DNA of 64,000 nt from Monocercomonoides exilis PA203. Taxonomy: Eukaryota > Protista > Preaxostyla. The DNA is taken from contig LSRY02000045.1 in the NCBI GenBank assembly GCA_001643675.2, positions 434,001-498,000 of the forward strand, given 5' to 3'. The notes under the pieces are model-generated. The model was not told the DNA's origin. It saw nothing but the letters and a program-made list of their open reading frames with translations, and did not search any database. Every line of letters starts with the position of its first letter. The stretch's first letter is position 1. This document shows, piece after piece, positions 23,671 through 35,328 of this stretch. A program made the translations under genes and the position numbers.

Positions 23671-25884
23671 ATGAGATATTTTTTTGTGAGGGAGTTATTG
23701 AACCCGTCGGTTGAGTTAAATCAAATTTTATTGGAGAATTATGATAATTGTTGTTCAGTGTGTGGAATGAGGGGGAGTGTGGTTGTGGTGAGGGGATGTG
23801 GTGTGGAGATGGGGAGAGGCAAGGAGGCGGGGGTGTTTGAGCTGGGCGGGTGCAGAGGGGTGTTTTGGAACATCACGCTGAGAGGGGTTGGAAGAGGAGG
23901 AAATGTGTGTGGGAGACTGTTTGGAGGAGAGGGGAGGATGGGACAGAAGATGAGTGAGAGAGAAGGTGGTGGAGGAAGAGGAATAGGAGGATGGGGAAGA
24001 GGAAGCGGAAGAGGTGAAGGAGGAGAGAGAGGAGGACAAGGAGGAGGCAGAGGAAGAAGAGGTGGAGAAGGAAGAGGAGAAGGAAGTGAAGAAGGAAGTG
24101 AAGGAGGAGGGAGTGTATTTGTGAGTGAGTCAGATTTCTCATCTTTTTGTGTGCCTTCAGCCCCGTTTCTGGCGCCTCCCCTGACACCCCTTGTATCTCT
24201 TTCCAAACTGACCTTCTTCAACATCTCCACAAATCCACCGAAAACAAGACAATTGGGTAAAGGGCTGAGCCAAAGAGTGTTTCTGATGAGTGGGTGCACA
24301 TTTTCATCGGTGTGGGATGTGTATGATGGGGGCATTGTCCCCTCGCTCAACAGCCCTTCATCATTCTTGGCTGTCTCGAACACCTCGTTTGTCAGGTGCT
24401 ATCGGTCTCAGAATGTTGAAGTCAATGGGAGTGAGGGGAATCCGTCGAAACCAGCGAGACAGCAAATTTCTACAGATTTAACGAATTCATTCACCTGGTG
24501 TGTGTGGAATGGAACAAAAACCACTGGGACAAGTGGATCTTATACAGATAGGGCTTCGAATGGAGGGGCGATTAACATGTATAATCTGGGATCTGGAACG
24601 CTTTCAGTGAAATTTTGTTCGTTCAACGACTGCACTGCATATTGTTGTGGTGGTGGAATTATGTGTCGTTCTATCAATTCCATCAAGATTGAGAACAACT
24701 CATTCAATGCTTGTACTGCAAAAAATAATTATGGAGGAGGGATATATGCTTATTCGATTTCAACATGTGTCAGGATCAGTGGTTGTGAATTCCAGAACTG
24801 TAAAGCAAGTGGCTATGGAGGAGGACTTTATCTTAATTCTTTTCAGGTTTCTGGATCTTCATGTATTGGAACAGAAAGCGGCAAAGGAGAGAGTGCTTGT
24901 GTGTTTGAGTGCTCATTCATTTCGTGTACTCTTACAAATACTGTTGGCGGAGGGATGTATTGCTACGGTGTTCCAGCTGCATTCAAAATGAGGAGCCTCC
25001 AGTTCATTTCGTGTTCAGCAGTGTCATATGGCGGAGGATTGGATTTCAGGCCATATCAATCAGAAGCTCCAAGCAACAATCATTATTGTTATTTCTTCTT
25101 CTTCCACGATTGCAGATGCACAACAACTTCCACTCCATATGGCCATGATGTAATTTTTGTAGATCAATACAATCTCTTTTCATCGAATAACCCATTCTAT
25201 GAATCATATACAACGAATACAAATGACAGGAGAGTGTGCTATGAATATTTACAATCAGGAAGTTGGAAATATCAGCATACAGAAAAGAAGGATTGGCTGA
25301 AGGAAGGGATGAAAGATCGGTATGTTGGGGTGAGTGGGAATGACGCAAACAATCTGTGTGGGATGAGTGAGGCAGCACCTTGCAAGACAGTGGGACATGC
25401 AGTGGGGTCGAGCATGGCGCAGTTGAGCTCGACAATCACAGTGCTGAGTGGGAAGCATGTGAGCGAAGGGACAACAATCAATGTTGGGGAAAAGAAAATA
25501 ATAATAACAGGGAATGGGAAGACAGCGAGTGTGATTGGGACAAGTGCGCTTTCGACCTCTTCGTCAACACTGTTCAGCATATCTTCTGGTCAGCTGGAGG
25601 TGGGGCATGTGGGGATCGACCACAACGCGACAAGAAGTTCATCGCCGAGTGTGTTTGTGGTGTCTGTGGGAAGCGGGATTCTTTTGCTGGAGGATGTTTT
25701 GATCGACTCTTCGACATCAGGTGGGAGTGGAATGACGAAGTGTGTGTTTGAAGTGGCACTGAAACAATTGAAGACGATTGATGTGGAGATTGAAAACATG
25801 AAAATATCACAGCCTCTTTTCGCTGAACCATCACAAACAGGATCAGCATTGGGAGAAAATTATTTGTTGTTTATTTTATTTTGA
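23671..25884 (+). CDS. Beta-helix family copy 4 (longest, 737 aa)
   Basis: N-terminus identical to copy 1, core mosaic; ends ALGENYLLFILF running into AT-rich DNA. Confidence 0.7.
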   Translation: MRYFFVRELLNPSVELNQILLENYDNCCSVCGMRGSVVVVRGCGVEMGRGKEAGVFELGGCRGVFWNITLRGVGRGGNVCGRLFGGEGRMGQKMSEREGGGGRGIGGWGRGSGRGEGGERGGQGGGRGRRGGEGRGEGSEEGSEGGGSVFVSESDFSSFCVPSAPFLAPPLTPLVSLSKLTFFNISTNPPKTRQLGKGLSQRVFLMSGCTFSSVWDVYDGGIVPSLNSPSSFLAVSNTSFVRCYRSQNVEVNGSEGNPSKPARQQISTDLTNSFTWCVWNGTKTTGTSGSYTDRASNGGAINMYNLGSGTLSVKFCSFNDCTAYCCGGGIMCRSINSIKIENNSFNACTAKNNYGGGIYAYSISTCVRISGCEFQNCKASGYGGGLYLNSFQVSGSSCIGTESGKGESACVFECSFISCTLTNTVGGGMYCYGVPAAFKMRSLQFISCSAVSYGGGLDFRPYQSEAPSNNHYCYFFFFHDCRCTTTSTPYGHDVIFVDQYNLFSSNNPFYESYTTNTNDRRVCYEYLQSGSWKYQHTEKKDWLKEGMKDRYVGVSGNDANNLCGMSEAAPCKTVGHAVGSSMAQLSSTITVLSGKHVSEGTTINVGEKKIIITGNGKTASVIGTSALSTSSSTLFSISSGQLEVGHVGIDHNATRSSSPSVFVVSVGSGILLLEDVLIDSSTSGGSGMTKCVFEVALKQLKTIDVEIENMKISQPLFAEPSQTGSALGENYLLFILF

Positions 25885-28150
25885 CTGCACAACGCACAAA
25901 CTGAAGTGAGAAAATAATTGAAATTCTGAGATTAACTTTTTATTATCTTTTTTTTGTTGAAATGAAATATGATGAAGTGTTATTTTTTTTTATTGAGAGT
26001 GCATTCTCTTTACGGAAACGGTTTATTTTTTATGAAAATGATTTGTTGATATAAATTTTGTGGATGCATGAAAAGATGGAATAAATGAAAAAACACACAA
26101 AAAACAAAGATAAAATGATAAGCTATCAATGAATTCAAATATCTATTTCTTTGAACAAAACGTTCCGAAAACTGTTCTCATAGGAACCTTTTGCTCAAAT
26201 AATAACTTGACTGAAAAAAAGAATAATAACAAAAATCGAAAATGCTTTAATTATCAAGAATATTGTATTTATCAACAGTTATGATATATCAGACACTTCA
26301 GATTGTGAAAAGTGTAAAATTGTTAAAGATTTATAAACGAGCTGCTATTGTTTTCTGATGATTAAAAATCATGAACATCACAGATAATCTTGTTTCAATG
26401 AGTGTTTTATTGTGAAGTTATTAAATGTATTCAAACACCGAAAAAACAAATTATTTTCATTCATTTTTTATTAAAGAATATTTTTGAAGACAAGAGAAGG
26501 ATTAGTGTCAAATTATTTATTGGGATCTGTATTTTTTTTTCAAAATTTTGTTCACAAATGGGTGATTATTCTTGAAATCAAACAATATTTCTTGGAGTGA
26601 ATTATTCACTCACCCCCTTTTCATTGAAGTTATTTGCGTTGAATTGAAATTGACACAAAGAATGGTGATGAACAATAAATGTGATATAATTTCCTTTCAA
26701 AAAGTTAATTGATGTTATTTTCCACAAATCATTAAAAATCTGAATTTATTGACCAAACGTGTCTGATCTCAAAAAATAGAATAATCCAAAAATAATAAAA
26801 TCCTCAACCCAATAAATCAGTGTGTTACGGTTGATTATTGATTATTTGTTCGAAAATATTTTTTCTCTCGAAACATTAGTCATTTTCTTTTTTCTAAATG
26901 ATTGTTGTTGTACCTTTTCATCTTGGTTGTTCACAAAAATATCCCATTTCTTTATCCATTTTTTTGCCATTTTCAATTCTTTCAACTTTTGTTTGTTATT
27001 TCAATTTTTTCCCATTTCTCCACCTGTCTATATTTTTTGATAAGTTCCTAATGTTTAATTATCAAATGATATTGTAATTTCATTTTTCAATCAATTTTCT
27101 GTTCACACTAACTTTCCTTTTCTGAAACGGAAATAATAACATTGTCAAGATTTTGTTTTCATGATAGTTTAATTTGGTGAGAGTGAACAGAAAATTGATT
27201 GAAAAATGAAATTACAATATCATTTGATAATTAAACATTAGGAACTTATCAAAAAATATAGACAGGTGGAGAAATGGGAAAACAAACAAAAGTTGAAAGA
27301 ATTGAAAATGGCAAAAGAAATGGGATATTTTGTGAACAACCAAGATGAAAAGGTACAACAACAATCATTTAGAAAAAAGAAATGACTAATGTTTCGAGAG
27401 AAAAATATTTTCGAACAAATAATCAATAATCAACCGTAACACACTGATTTATTGGGTTGATTTTTAATTCTTTGTGTCAATGAATAATTCACTCCAAGAA
27501 ATATTGTTTGATTTCAAGAATAATCACCCATTTGTGAACAAAATTTTGAAAAAAATACAGATCCCAATAAATAATTTGACACTAATCCTTCTCTTGTCTT
27601 CAAAAATATTCTTTAATAAAAATGAATGAAAATAATTTGTTTTTCGGTGTTTGAATACATTTCTTTTCATTGAAACATTTGATATTCATGAATTATTATT
27701 CTTTTTTCAGTCAAGTTATTATTTGAGCAAAAGGTTCCTATGAGAACAGTTTTCGGAACGTTTTGTTCAAAGAAATAGATATTTGAATTCATTGATAGCT
27801 TATCATTTTATCTTTGTTTTTTGTGTGTTTTTTCATTTATTCCATCTTTTCATGCATCCACAAAATTTATATCAACAAATCATTTTCATAAAAAATAAAC
27901 CGTTTCCGTAAAGAGAATGCACTCTCAATAAAAAAATTAACACTTCATCATATTTCATTTCAACAAAAAAAAGATAATAAAAAGTTAATCTCAGAATTTC
28001 AATTATTTTCTCACTTCAGTTTGTGCGTTGTGCAGTCAAAATAAAATAAACAACAAATAATTTTCTCCCAATGCTGATCCTGTTTGTGATGGTTCAGCGA
28101 AAAGAGGCTGTGATATTTTCATGTTTTCAATCTCCACATCAATCGTCTTC
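25770..28150. repeat. Palindrome P2 joining copies 4 and 5 tail-to-tail; loop 27107-27182; right arm carries clustered deletions
   Basis: TTTTCTGTTCAC (to 27106) / GTGAACAGAAAA (from 27183); the 3' ends of both ORFs and their trailers are reverse complements; the right arm is ~370 bp shorter. Confidence 0.9.
26560..26580 (+). mobile_element. MITE terminus of the 6074-6331 family (mirrored at 27509-27529)
   Basis: AAAT|GGGTGATTATTCTTGAAATCA matches the 6074 TIR and its AAAT target; the native other end is not clearly identifiable. Confidence 0.5.
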
Positions 28151-30063
28151 AGCTGCCTCAGTGCCACTTCAAACACAGATATTGATATAACACTCCCATC
28201 TGATGTCGAAGAGTCGATCAAAACATCCTCCAGTGAAAGCGTCCCGCTTCCCACAGACACCACAAACACACTTGGCGATGAGCTTCTTGCCGCGTTGTGA
28301 TCGATCCCCACATGCCCCACCTCCAGCTGACCAGAAGATATGCTGAACAGTGTTGACGAAGAGGTCGAAAGCGCACTTGTTCCAATCACACTCACTGCCT
28401 TCCCTCTCCCCAAAACAGAAATCTTCTTATCCCCAACACTGATTGTCTTCTCTTCGCTCACATGCCTCCCACCCAGCAACGTGATTGTCGAGCTCATCTG
28501 CGCCATGCTCGACCCCACTGCATGCCCCACTGTCTTGCACGGCGCAGACTCACTCATCCCACACAAATTGTTTGCGTCATTCCCACTCACCCCAACATAC
28601 CGATCCTTCATCCCTTCCTTCAGCCATCCCTTCTTTTCTGTATGCTGATATTTCCAACTGCTTGATTGCAAATAAGCATAGCACACTCTCTTCTCATCAC
28701 TATTCGTTGTATACGATTCATAGAACGGATTGTTCGATGAAAAAAGATTGTATCGATCTTCAAAATACACATCATGACCATATGGAGTGGAAGTTGTTGT
28801 GCAACTGCAATCGTGGAAGAAGAAGAAATAGCAATAAGTGTTGTTGCTTGGAGGTGTTGATTGAGATGGCCTGAAATCCAATCCTCCGCCATATGAATAT
28901 GCGTTGCAAGAAATGAACTGGAGGCTCCTCATTTTGAATGCAGCTGGAACATTTTGACAATACATCCCTCCGCCACAATTACTTGTAAGCGAGCACGAAG
29001 TGAAAAAACATTCAAACACACAAGCACTCTCTCCTTTCCCATTTTCTGTTCCAATACAGCCAGAACTAGAAACCTGAAAAGTATATAGAAAAAGTCCTCC
29101 TCCATTATATTTTGCAGAACATTTCTGGAACTCGCACCCACTGATCCTGACACATGACGAAATTGATTCAGCATGCATTCCTCCTCCATAATAATTTTTT
29201 GCGGTACATGCATTGAACGAATTGTTCTCAATCTTGATGGAATTGATTGAATAGCAAAAAATACCTCCACCATAAGCATATGCATAGCAATCATTGAACG
29301 AACAAAATTTCACTGAAAGCGTTCCCGATCCCAGGTTATACATGTAAATCGCTCCGCCATTTGAAGCTCCATCTGAATAAGAGCCACTTGACCCAGTGGT
29401 TTTTGACCCATTCCACACACACCAAGTGAACGAATTCGCCCCATTGTCTGATATCTGCTGTCTCGCTGGTTTCGTTGGATTCCCTTCACTCCCGCCGATT
29501 GCAACATTCTGTGATCGATAGCACCTGGTAAATGAGGTGTTCGAGGCAGCCAAGGATGATGAGGGGCTGTTCAGCGAGGGGACAATGCCCCCGTCATAAA
29601 CATCCCACACTGATGAAAATGTGCACCCACTCATCAGAAACGAGGTTTGACCCAACTCTTCAGCCAGACGTCTTGTTTTCGGTAAATTTGTGGAGATGTT
29701 GAAGAAGGTCAGCTGGGTGAGAGATACAAGGCGTGTCAAGGGTGGTGCCAGAAACGGGGCTGAAGACACACAAAAAGATGAGAAATCTGACTCACATACC
29801 AATACGCTCCCTCCTCCTTCACTTTCTTCTTCTCTTCCTTCTTCTCTTCCTTCTCCTATTCCTTCTCCACCTCCTCTTCCTCCACCTCCTCGTTGTCCTC
29901 CTCTCTCTCCTCCTTCACCTCTTCCTCTTCCTCTTCCCCATCCGACTCTTCCTCTTCCTCCACCTTCTCTCTCGCTCCTCATCTGCTCCATCCCTCTCAA
30001 TAAAATATTTCTCAAAACCCCAAAAATCATGCAACCCCTTTCCCTCCTCTTTCTGCTGCTCAT
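28036..30063 (-). CDS. Beta-helix family copy 5 (675 aa)
   Basis: ATG-initiated ORF with Gly linker and family core; its upstream DNA (30070-30250) resembles that of copy 10 (61160-61340). Confidence 0.7.
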   Translation of the reverse strand: MSSRKRRERGCMIFGVLRNILLRGMEQMRSEREGGGRGRVGWGRGRGRGEGGERGGQRGGGGRGGGEGIGEGREEGREEESEGGGSVLVCESDFSSFCVSSAPFLAPPLTRLVSLTQLTFFNISTNLPKTRRLAEELGQTSFLMSGCTFSSVWDVYDGGIVPSLNSPSSSLAASNTSFTRCYRSQNVAIGGSEGNPTKPARQQISDNGANSFTWCVWNGSKTTGSSGSYSDGASNGGAIYMYNLGSGTLSVKFCSFNDCYAYAYGGGIFCYSINSIKIENNSFNACTAKNYYGGGMHAESISSCVRISGCEFQKCSAKYNGGGLFLYTFQVSSSGCIGTENGKGESACVFECFFTSCSLTSNCGGGMYCQNVPAAFKMRSLQFISCNAYSYGGGLDFRPSQSTPPSNNTYCYFFFFHDCSCTTTSTPYGHDVYFEDRYNLFSSNNPFYESYTTNSDEKRVCYAYLQSSSWKYQHTEKKGWLKEGMKDRYVGVSGNDANNLCGMSESAPCKTVGHAVGSSMAQMSSTITLLGGRHVSEEKTISVGDKKISVLGRGKAVSVIGTSALSTSSSTLFSISSGQLEVGHVGIDHNAARSSSPSVFVVSVGSGTLSLEDVLIDSSTSDGSVISISVFEVALRQLKTIDVEIENMKISQPLFAEPSQTGSALGENYLLFILF

Positions 30064-33000
30064 AAAAGGAATCTTATAAATGATGTAAAAGAACCTTCGC
30101 TGTCAATGTCTTTTTATAATGATGATCCTATAAAGCTCTTTCCCAAGTTGAATCCGCTCATTGTCCTTCACTTTCTATCGTCTGATGTTATTCTGCATTC
30201 CTTCGTTATTTTTGGAAGACAGTCTCAAAAATATTTTTGTCCAAGCAGGTGAAAAGAAAAAATCAATAAATCATGCCAAAAAATCGGTCAAATAATATAA
30301 TTAATAAAAATATCATACCTTTTTTATCCTTCAATCTCGCCAACTTTTGTCAAAGAATCGCTGCATTCCTCGTTTACTCGTCCCTTCCGTTATCTCCGGC
30401 AAAAGCAAACCCTTCTGAAACAGACGCAGAGCGTGACCTCTATCTTCAATCCATTTATGCTGATTAATATTCCGAGGTATATTTCCATCTCCTTTTTTGA
30501 ATTTTTCTTAAATTTTTGAGTCATTCGCTCTTTAAAGCCAATCACCTCAATTTTTCACCAAAGTCCCTTTTCTCTTTCTTCTTCTTCATGCCCTCCCTCA
30601 TTTCATATTACCATTTCATTTCCTTCTTCTGGCTCTTCTTCGAATGTTCCAAAAAATTCATTCTTCTAATTCCTCTTCTTTCCTTTCTTCTTTCCTTATT
30701 TCCCTTTTATCATTCATTTTCAATCACTTTTCTTTTAAATATCTTCTTTTTCTTCTAAGTTTTTTGTCAATTTTTTTCTTCTGCCGCATCATCAACATTT
30801 GTTTCCCTCGTTTTTGCTTCTAACATGATTCACCAGATACGCCTTCCAAAACCATCAAAGACCTCCTCCTCTATTCGCTTCAATTTTTGCTCCTTCCCAT
30901 TCCACCAAACACTCTCCAATTATTATCTCCAGGTTTCTTAAAGGCGCCAAATATGCTTTTCCCCCATATTCCATGTTCATTCATCGACATCGAACACTCG
31001 TTAAAAAAAATCCTAGTTTCATAATATATATATATATATATATATGATAAAATACAGTAATAAAAAAGCAAACCTATGACTTTTATACGAATAATCTTTG
31101 CAAACTTTCTTCTCCTCCAAATATCGTTCCTTTCTACCAACAAAACCCATCTGTCCCTTCTTCGTTTCCTTTCTGCCCTCAAAAATCGTTTATTTACAAT
31201 CCTTGGTCCTGCTTCCACTCAAATAACTCAGCCAGCTCCATTCTTTTAAAAAAACTAGCAATGAAGAAGATTTCATCAGAAGAGCCCCTTTCCATCCCTT
31301 TCTTCTGCATCACCTTCTTCTTCTCCACATTTCTCCAAAAACAACATCAACACCCCTCCGCCACACATCCTCCATCTCTTCCACTTCATTCCCCAACATC
31401 CTTTTCCCAATCAAAAATATAAATACCTCCAATATTTTGCCTCTCTTTGGTGCAAGACACCCTTTCGTGGTCAGCCCCTCATCTTCCTCTGTCTCCATAC
31501 CCCCAATGCAAAGTGCTGCGCCCGATGTTCCTTCTTCCTGTCTTCCTCCACCTCGGCCTCCATCCCTTGCCCTGCAAATGAGAGGCGCGTCCAAACGGTT
31601 CACAAAATAAATTATATAAGAATATGAAATATTTTCTTTCATTTTTCTTCTTCTCCAACCCCACTTCCCTCTCAAATAGCACACGCATCCACAAAAACTC
31701 TCCCTCTTGCTCCGCTTCATATGAACCTCTCTATATCTGTGCATTTGGAAAAAAAAAATCTCCTCCCTATATCTCTTCAACTCTCATCTAACTCTTATCC
31801 TCCCTTCCAATAAATATATTCCATTCACTCCACTCATCTTCCACCCCTCTGTTCCTCCTCTTCCTTTTCCCTCCAACAAATTCCATTTCTCCAACAAATA
31901 ACACGACCTCCACACCTTCCAACTCACAAAAATCGAAAAAACAACCCCTCCAAACCTCATCCCAATCCATCCCCCGCACATCCATTTTGCCTCTTAAATC
32001 TCATAAAAACACCTCTTTCTCCCCCAAAAAATCATCCTTTTATCGTTCCATTCCCCCTCCAAAACCATGTTTATTCTCAATGCATAAATCCATCACCCCA
32101 TTCCATAAATCTATCCTGTTGCAATCGCGTTGTCTTCATATGCCCATTTAGCCACGGTGCATCGAGTTGTGCTCCTTTTCTTTTGTGGCTCCAATCTGTT
32201 ATGGAAAATGATCAAGAAATGTCAAATGCTCAAGAACTGCCAGCGGAATGAGAAGTCAAGATGCAAACATTCCGGCTGGAATAAATGAAATATTTCTAGT
32301 GATGAAAAAGCAGCAGCAACAGCAACTCTTTTTTTTTATTGGAAGCTGGAGTTGTTCGTTTAGATTGATGGAATGCTGTCAAGCCACGATATTTTCAATG
32401 TGAATGTGAAATTTTTAATGTGTGTATTTTTTATTGTTCTGTTGATTGTGAAGATATTTCCATCCGTATCCTCTCCAAAGTCGTGATTCAGACAAATTAT
32501 ATAAAATGGACGATTTATTCTTTGCAGAATGGGAAAAGCAAGTCAGACATTTCCTTACAAGCATGTTAGAGCCTGAATGTATTTTATCATAAGTATTTAT
32601 GCAACTTTTTTTGGACAACATGCGCGATGGATAGAAATTCGATGAAAAACGAATATTGATGGAGTGGATATTAACGGGGTTGGAAGATGTCCAAGGCTAA
32701 AAGGAACAATATCCAATTTCTATGAAAAGGGAGTTTTTTTAAAAGATGGGGTGACATTTACAAAAATATTTTGTTGGAAAGATTGGGGCAGATGACAGAA
32801 ACAGGTACATTGGAGGCAGTTGGGACAGAGCAAGGTGCCTTTCTTGAGATGGAAAAGGCAAGACATTGATTTTACGCGCTGAGGAGAGGGGTAGAATGGC
32901 ACTTGATTGCTTGGCTTGAGAGGCGAAAATGCGAGAAAATCAGGCAGTTTGGCGTGATGCAAGCAGCTTGGGGTAGATAACAAACAAAAATGGATTTAAT

Positions 33001-35328
33001 TTATTTGACCCTTGCCTTTTGCATTGCGTCATTGAAGGATTTGCAGCTGGAGCAGAGAACGAGGTTGTTATGTTGAGGATATCTTCCAACAAAAATTATC
33101 TTTCATATGAGATCTCGATAACATCGACTTCATTGTCTTCATCGTCTTCATTGTTTTCTTCAACTATTCCGTCTATTCTCCCCCTTCTTCTCCAGCCTCA
33201 TTGTTTTCGTCAGCCTTATCTGTCTCATCGCCATCATGTTTTCGTATACACCTCCAAATGATATGAAATTGTATTTTTTTTCCCTTATTTTTGATCATCA
33301 CCTTCGTCACCTTCATCACCTTCATCACGTTCTGCAAGTGTTTCTTCTTCAACGAATGCAACTAATTTTTATTTATCTTTGTCATTTTCATCTTCTTCTT
33401 TGTGTTCATCTTCTTTTCCCCGCGCCATGAATTCATCCTCCTCCATTTTCTGCTTCCTCTTCAGCCGAAACGCCAAATGCATTTGAGCCGCATTGTCCTG
33501 CTGCTGAGTCTTCTCCTTCTCGAAACAATTGCCAAACGAAGAATATTTCTGGCTGGCTGTCATCTGTGTGAAACAGCCTGTTTGCCGTTTTTGGCTTTGT
33601 GTCAGAGGATGTCAGGAGAGAAACGACGAATTTCGTTTTGAAATGATTCTCTGAAGATTATAATTCTATTGTTGCTGCAATTCCTTCTTTTTCTTCTTCC
33701 TCCTCCTCCTCCTCTTCTTCTTCCCCCTCATCGCTTTCTTCATTATGTTCGCTGTAATTGTTGTCATTTTCGCTGCTCCAACAAATGAAATTGCATGCAC
33801 ATATTTTCTTCTTGGCTGTTATCATATTCGCATTCTTCGTATTCTTCCTTTTCTTCTCCATTTTTTTAGTTCACCTCATCTGCCAAAAATGAGAGGGAAT
33901 GTCAGCAAAACGCAGAAATATTGCCAGTTGTATCGAATTGTTCAGTTAAGAGGAAGATAAAGGAGATGAATAAGCAGAAAAGGAAAAAGCTGCATTTCTT
34001 CCTCTTCCTCCATCTTCTCCATCTTCTCCGTCTTCTCCGTCTTCTCCGTCTTCCTCGCCATTTTGTTCTTGTTGTTGTTTGTTGGCACCAACAGAAATGG
34101 CTGGAGGAATGTTTGATCCATTGGGTATATCATCATCTGTATGTATATTTGTTGATAGAAAAAAGATTGCTGAGAAGAAGATTGCTGAGAAAAAGACAAA
34201 GACATCGAAATTGAAGAATGAGCCAATGAAAACGAGAGTGGCAATGGAGACGGATATGCCACTGAAAAAGAGGAAGAAGAAATAGAAGAAAATAAAAAAG
34301 AAGAAGAAAATAAAAAAGAAGAAGAAAATGAAGAAGAAGAAGAAGAAAAGGAAGAAGAAGAAAACGCAAAGGAGGCACTGCCTATATTCGCATGCCATGC
34401 TCAGCCACCAGTTGTGCTGCTGATCCGCCCGATGTCATCTTCATCGTCTTCGTCATCTTCATCATCTTCGTCATCTTTCCCTCTTTTACTCCTGCTTCTG
34501 ATACTTCTGCTGTTTCTGCTGTTTCTCTTGCATCTCCATCAATAGCAGGCGCAAAGAGCTGCATTTCCCCTGTTGACAGCGTGAATGAGAAGGCGCCGAA
34601 TAAAAGGAGCTTAGTGAATGCTGGTGCTGAAGTGCCGATGGGTTATATGCAGCAGCAGCAGCAACATCAAAAAAGAAAGAAAGATAAGATAAGATTTTTT
34701 AAAAAAAATGAAAGAGGGAGATGGGAAGGCAAGGGCAGGAGGAGAGGAAGTGTTTGGCATGCCTCTTCAGCTGCCTTTTGTGCTGTGTGTGCTGCTGGCA
34801 GTGCTGTCTGGCGCATCGAGTGGCAGTGGCGAAGCTCCTTTGGCAAATGCTGCTCTTGTTCTGTTTCTGCGCTGAGAGTGTTTATATTTCTATTTCTATT
34901 TGTGTATGTGCATGTTCTTTGTCTTCCGCCGAGTGCAGGCGCTTCTTCCATCTGCAGCATGCAAAGGAAATCCCGATGGCGTTTGACTTTGAAAGGAAGC
35001 AAAGTCCCCTGGCTCGCTGTTTGGATGATCCTTGGCAGAACTTTTGCCGGCAACTCAACTACCGCGCAGCACTTCGCCATGGTTTATGGAGGCGGAGGCG
35101 GAATGTATTCGGAGACGATATGTTTTCTGCGGCTGGGTTGTCTTTTTCCTTCGCCTTGTGGGGGATTCTATGGAAGGTGGCGCTGAATTTCGTAAAGGGT
35201 GAAAATTCCTCTCCTTCGAATCCTTCATTTCTTCGAAAATGCTTCAGCCGCTTTTCTCCTTCATTCCCATCGTCGTTCAGCGTCATCTTTTTTAACATTC
35301 GAAACTGCAGCATTCTGTGCAACATCTT

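Larger units (their letters stand above)
10308..24119. repeat. Giant palindrome P1: ~6.85-kb near-identical arms, apex 17161-17267
   Basis: ORFs are mirrored with coordinate sum ~34427 (10756/23671, 14239/20188, 16748/17680); the first outer mismatch is 10307/24120. Mosaic homology continues to ~8835/25610. Confidence 0.95.

Noticed and set aside
34392-35186. 264-aa ORF containing GGGGGMY as another beta-helix member
   Set aside because: Isolated motif with no rung periodicity or family scaffold; probably chance.
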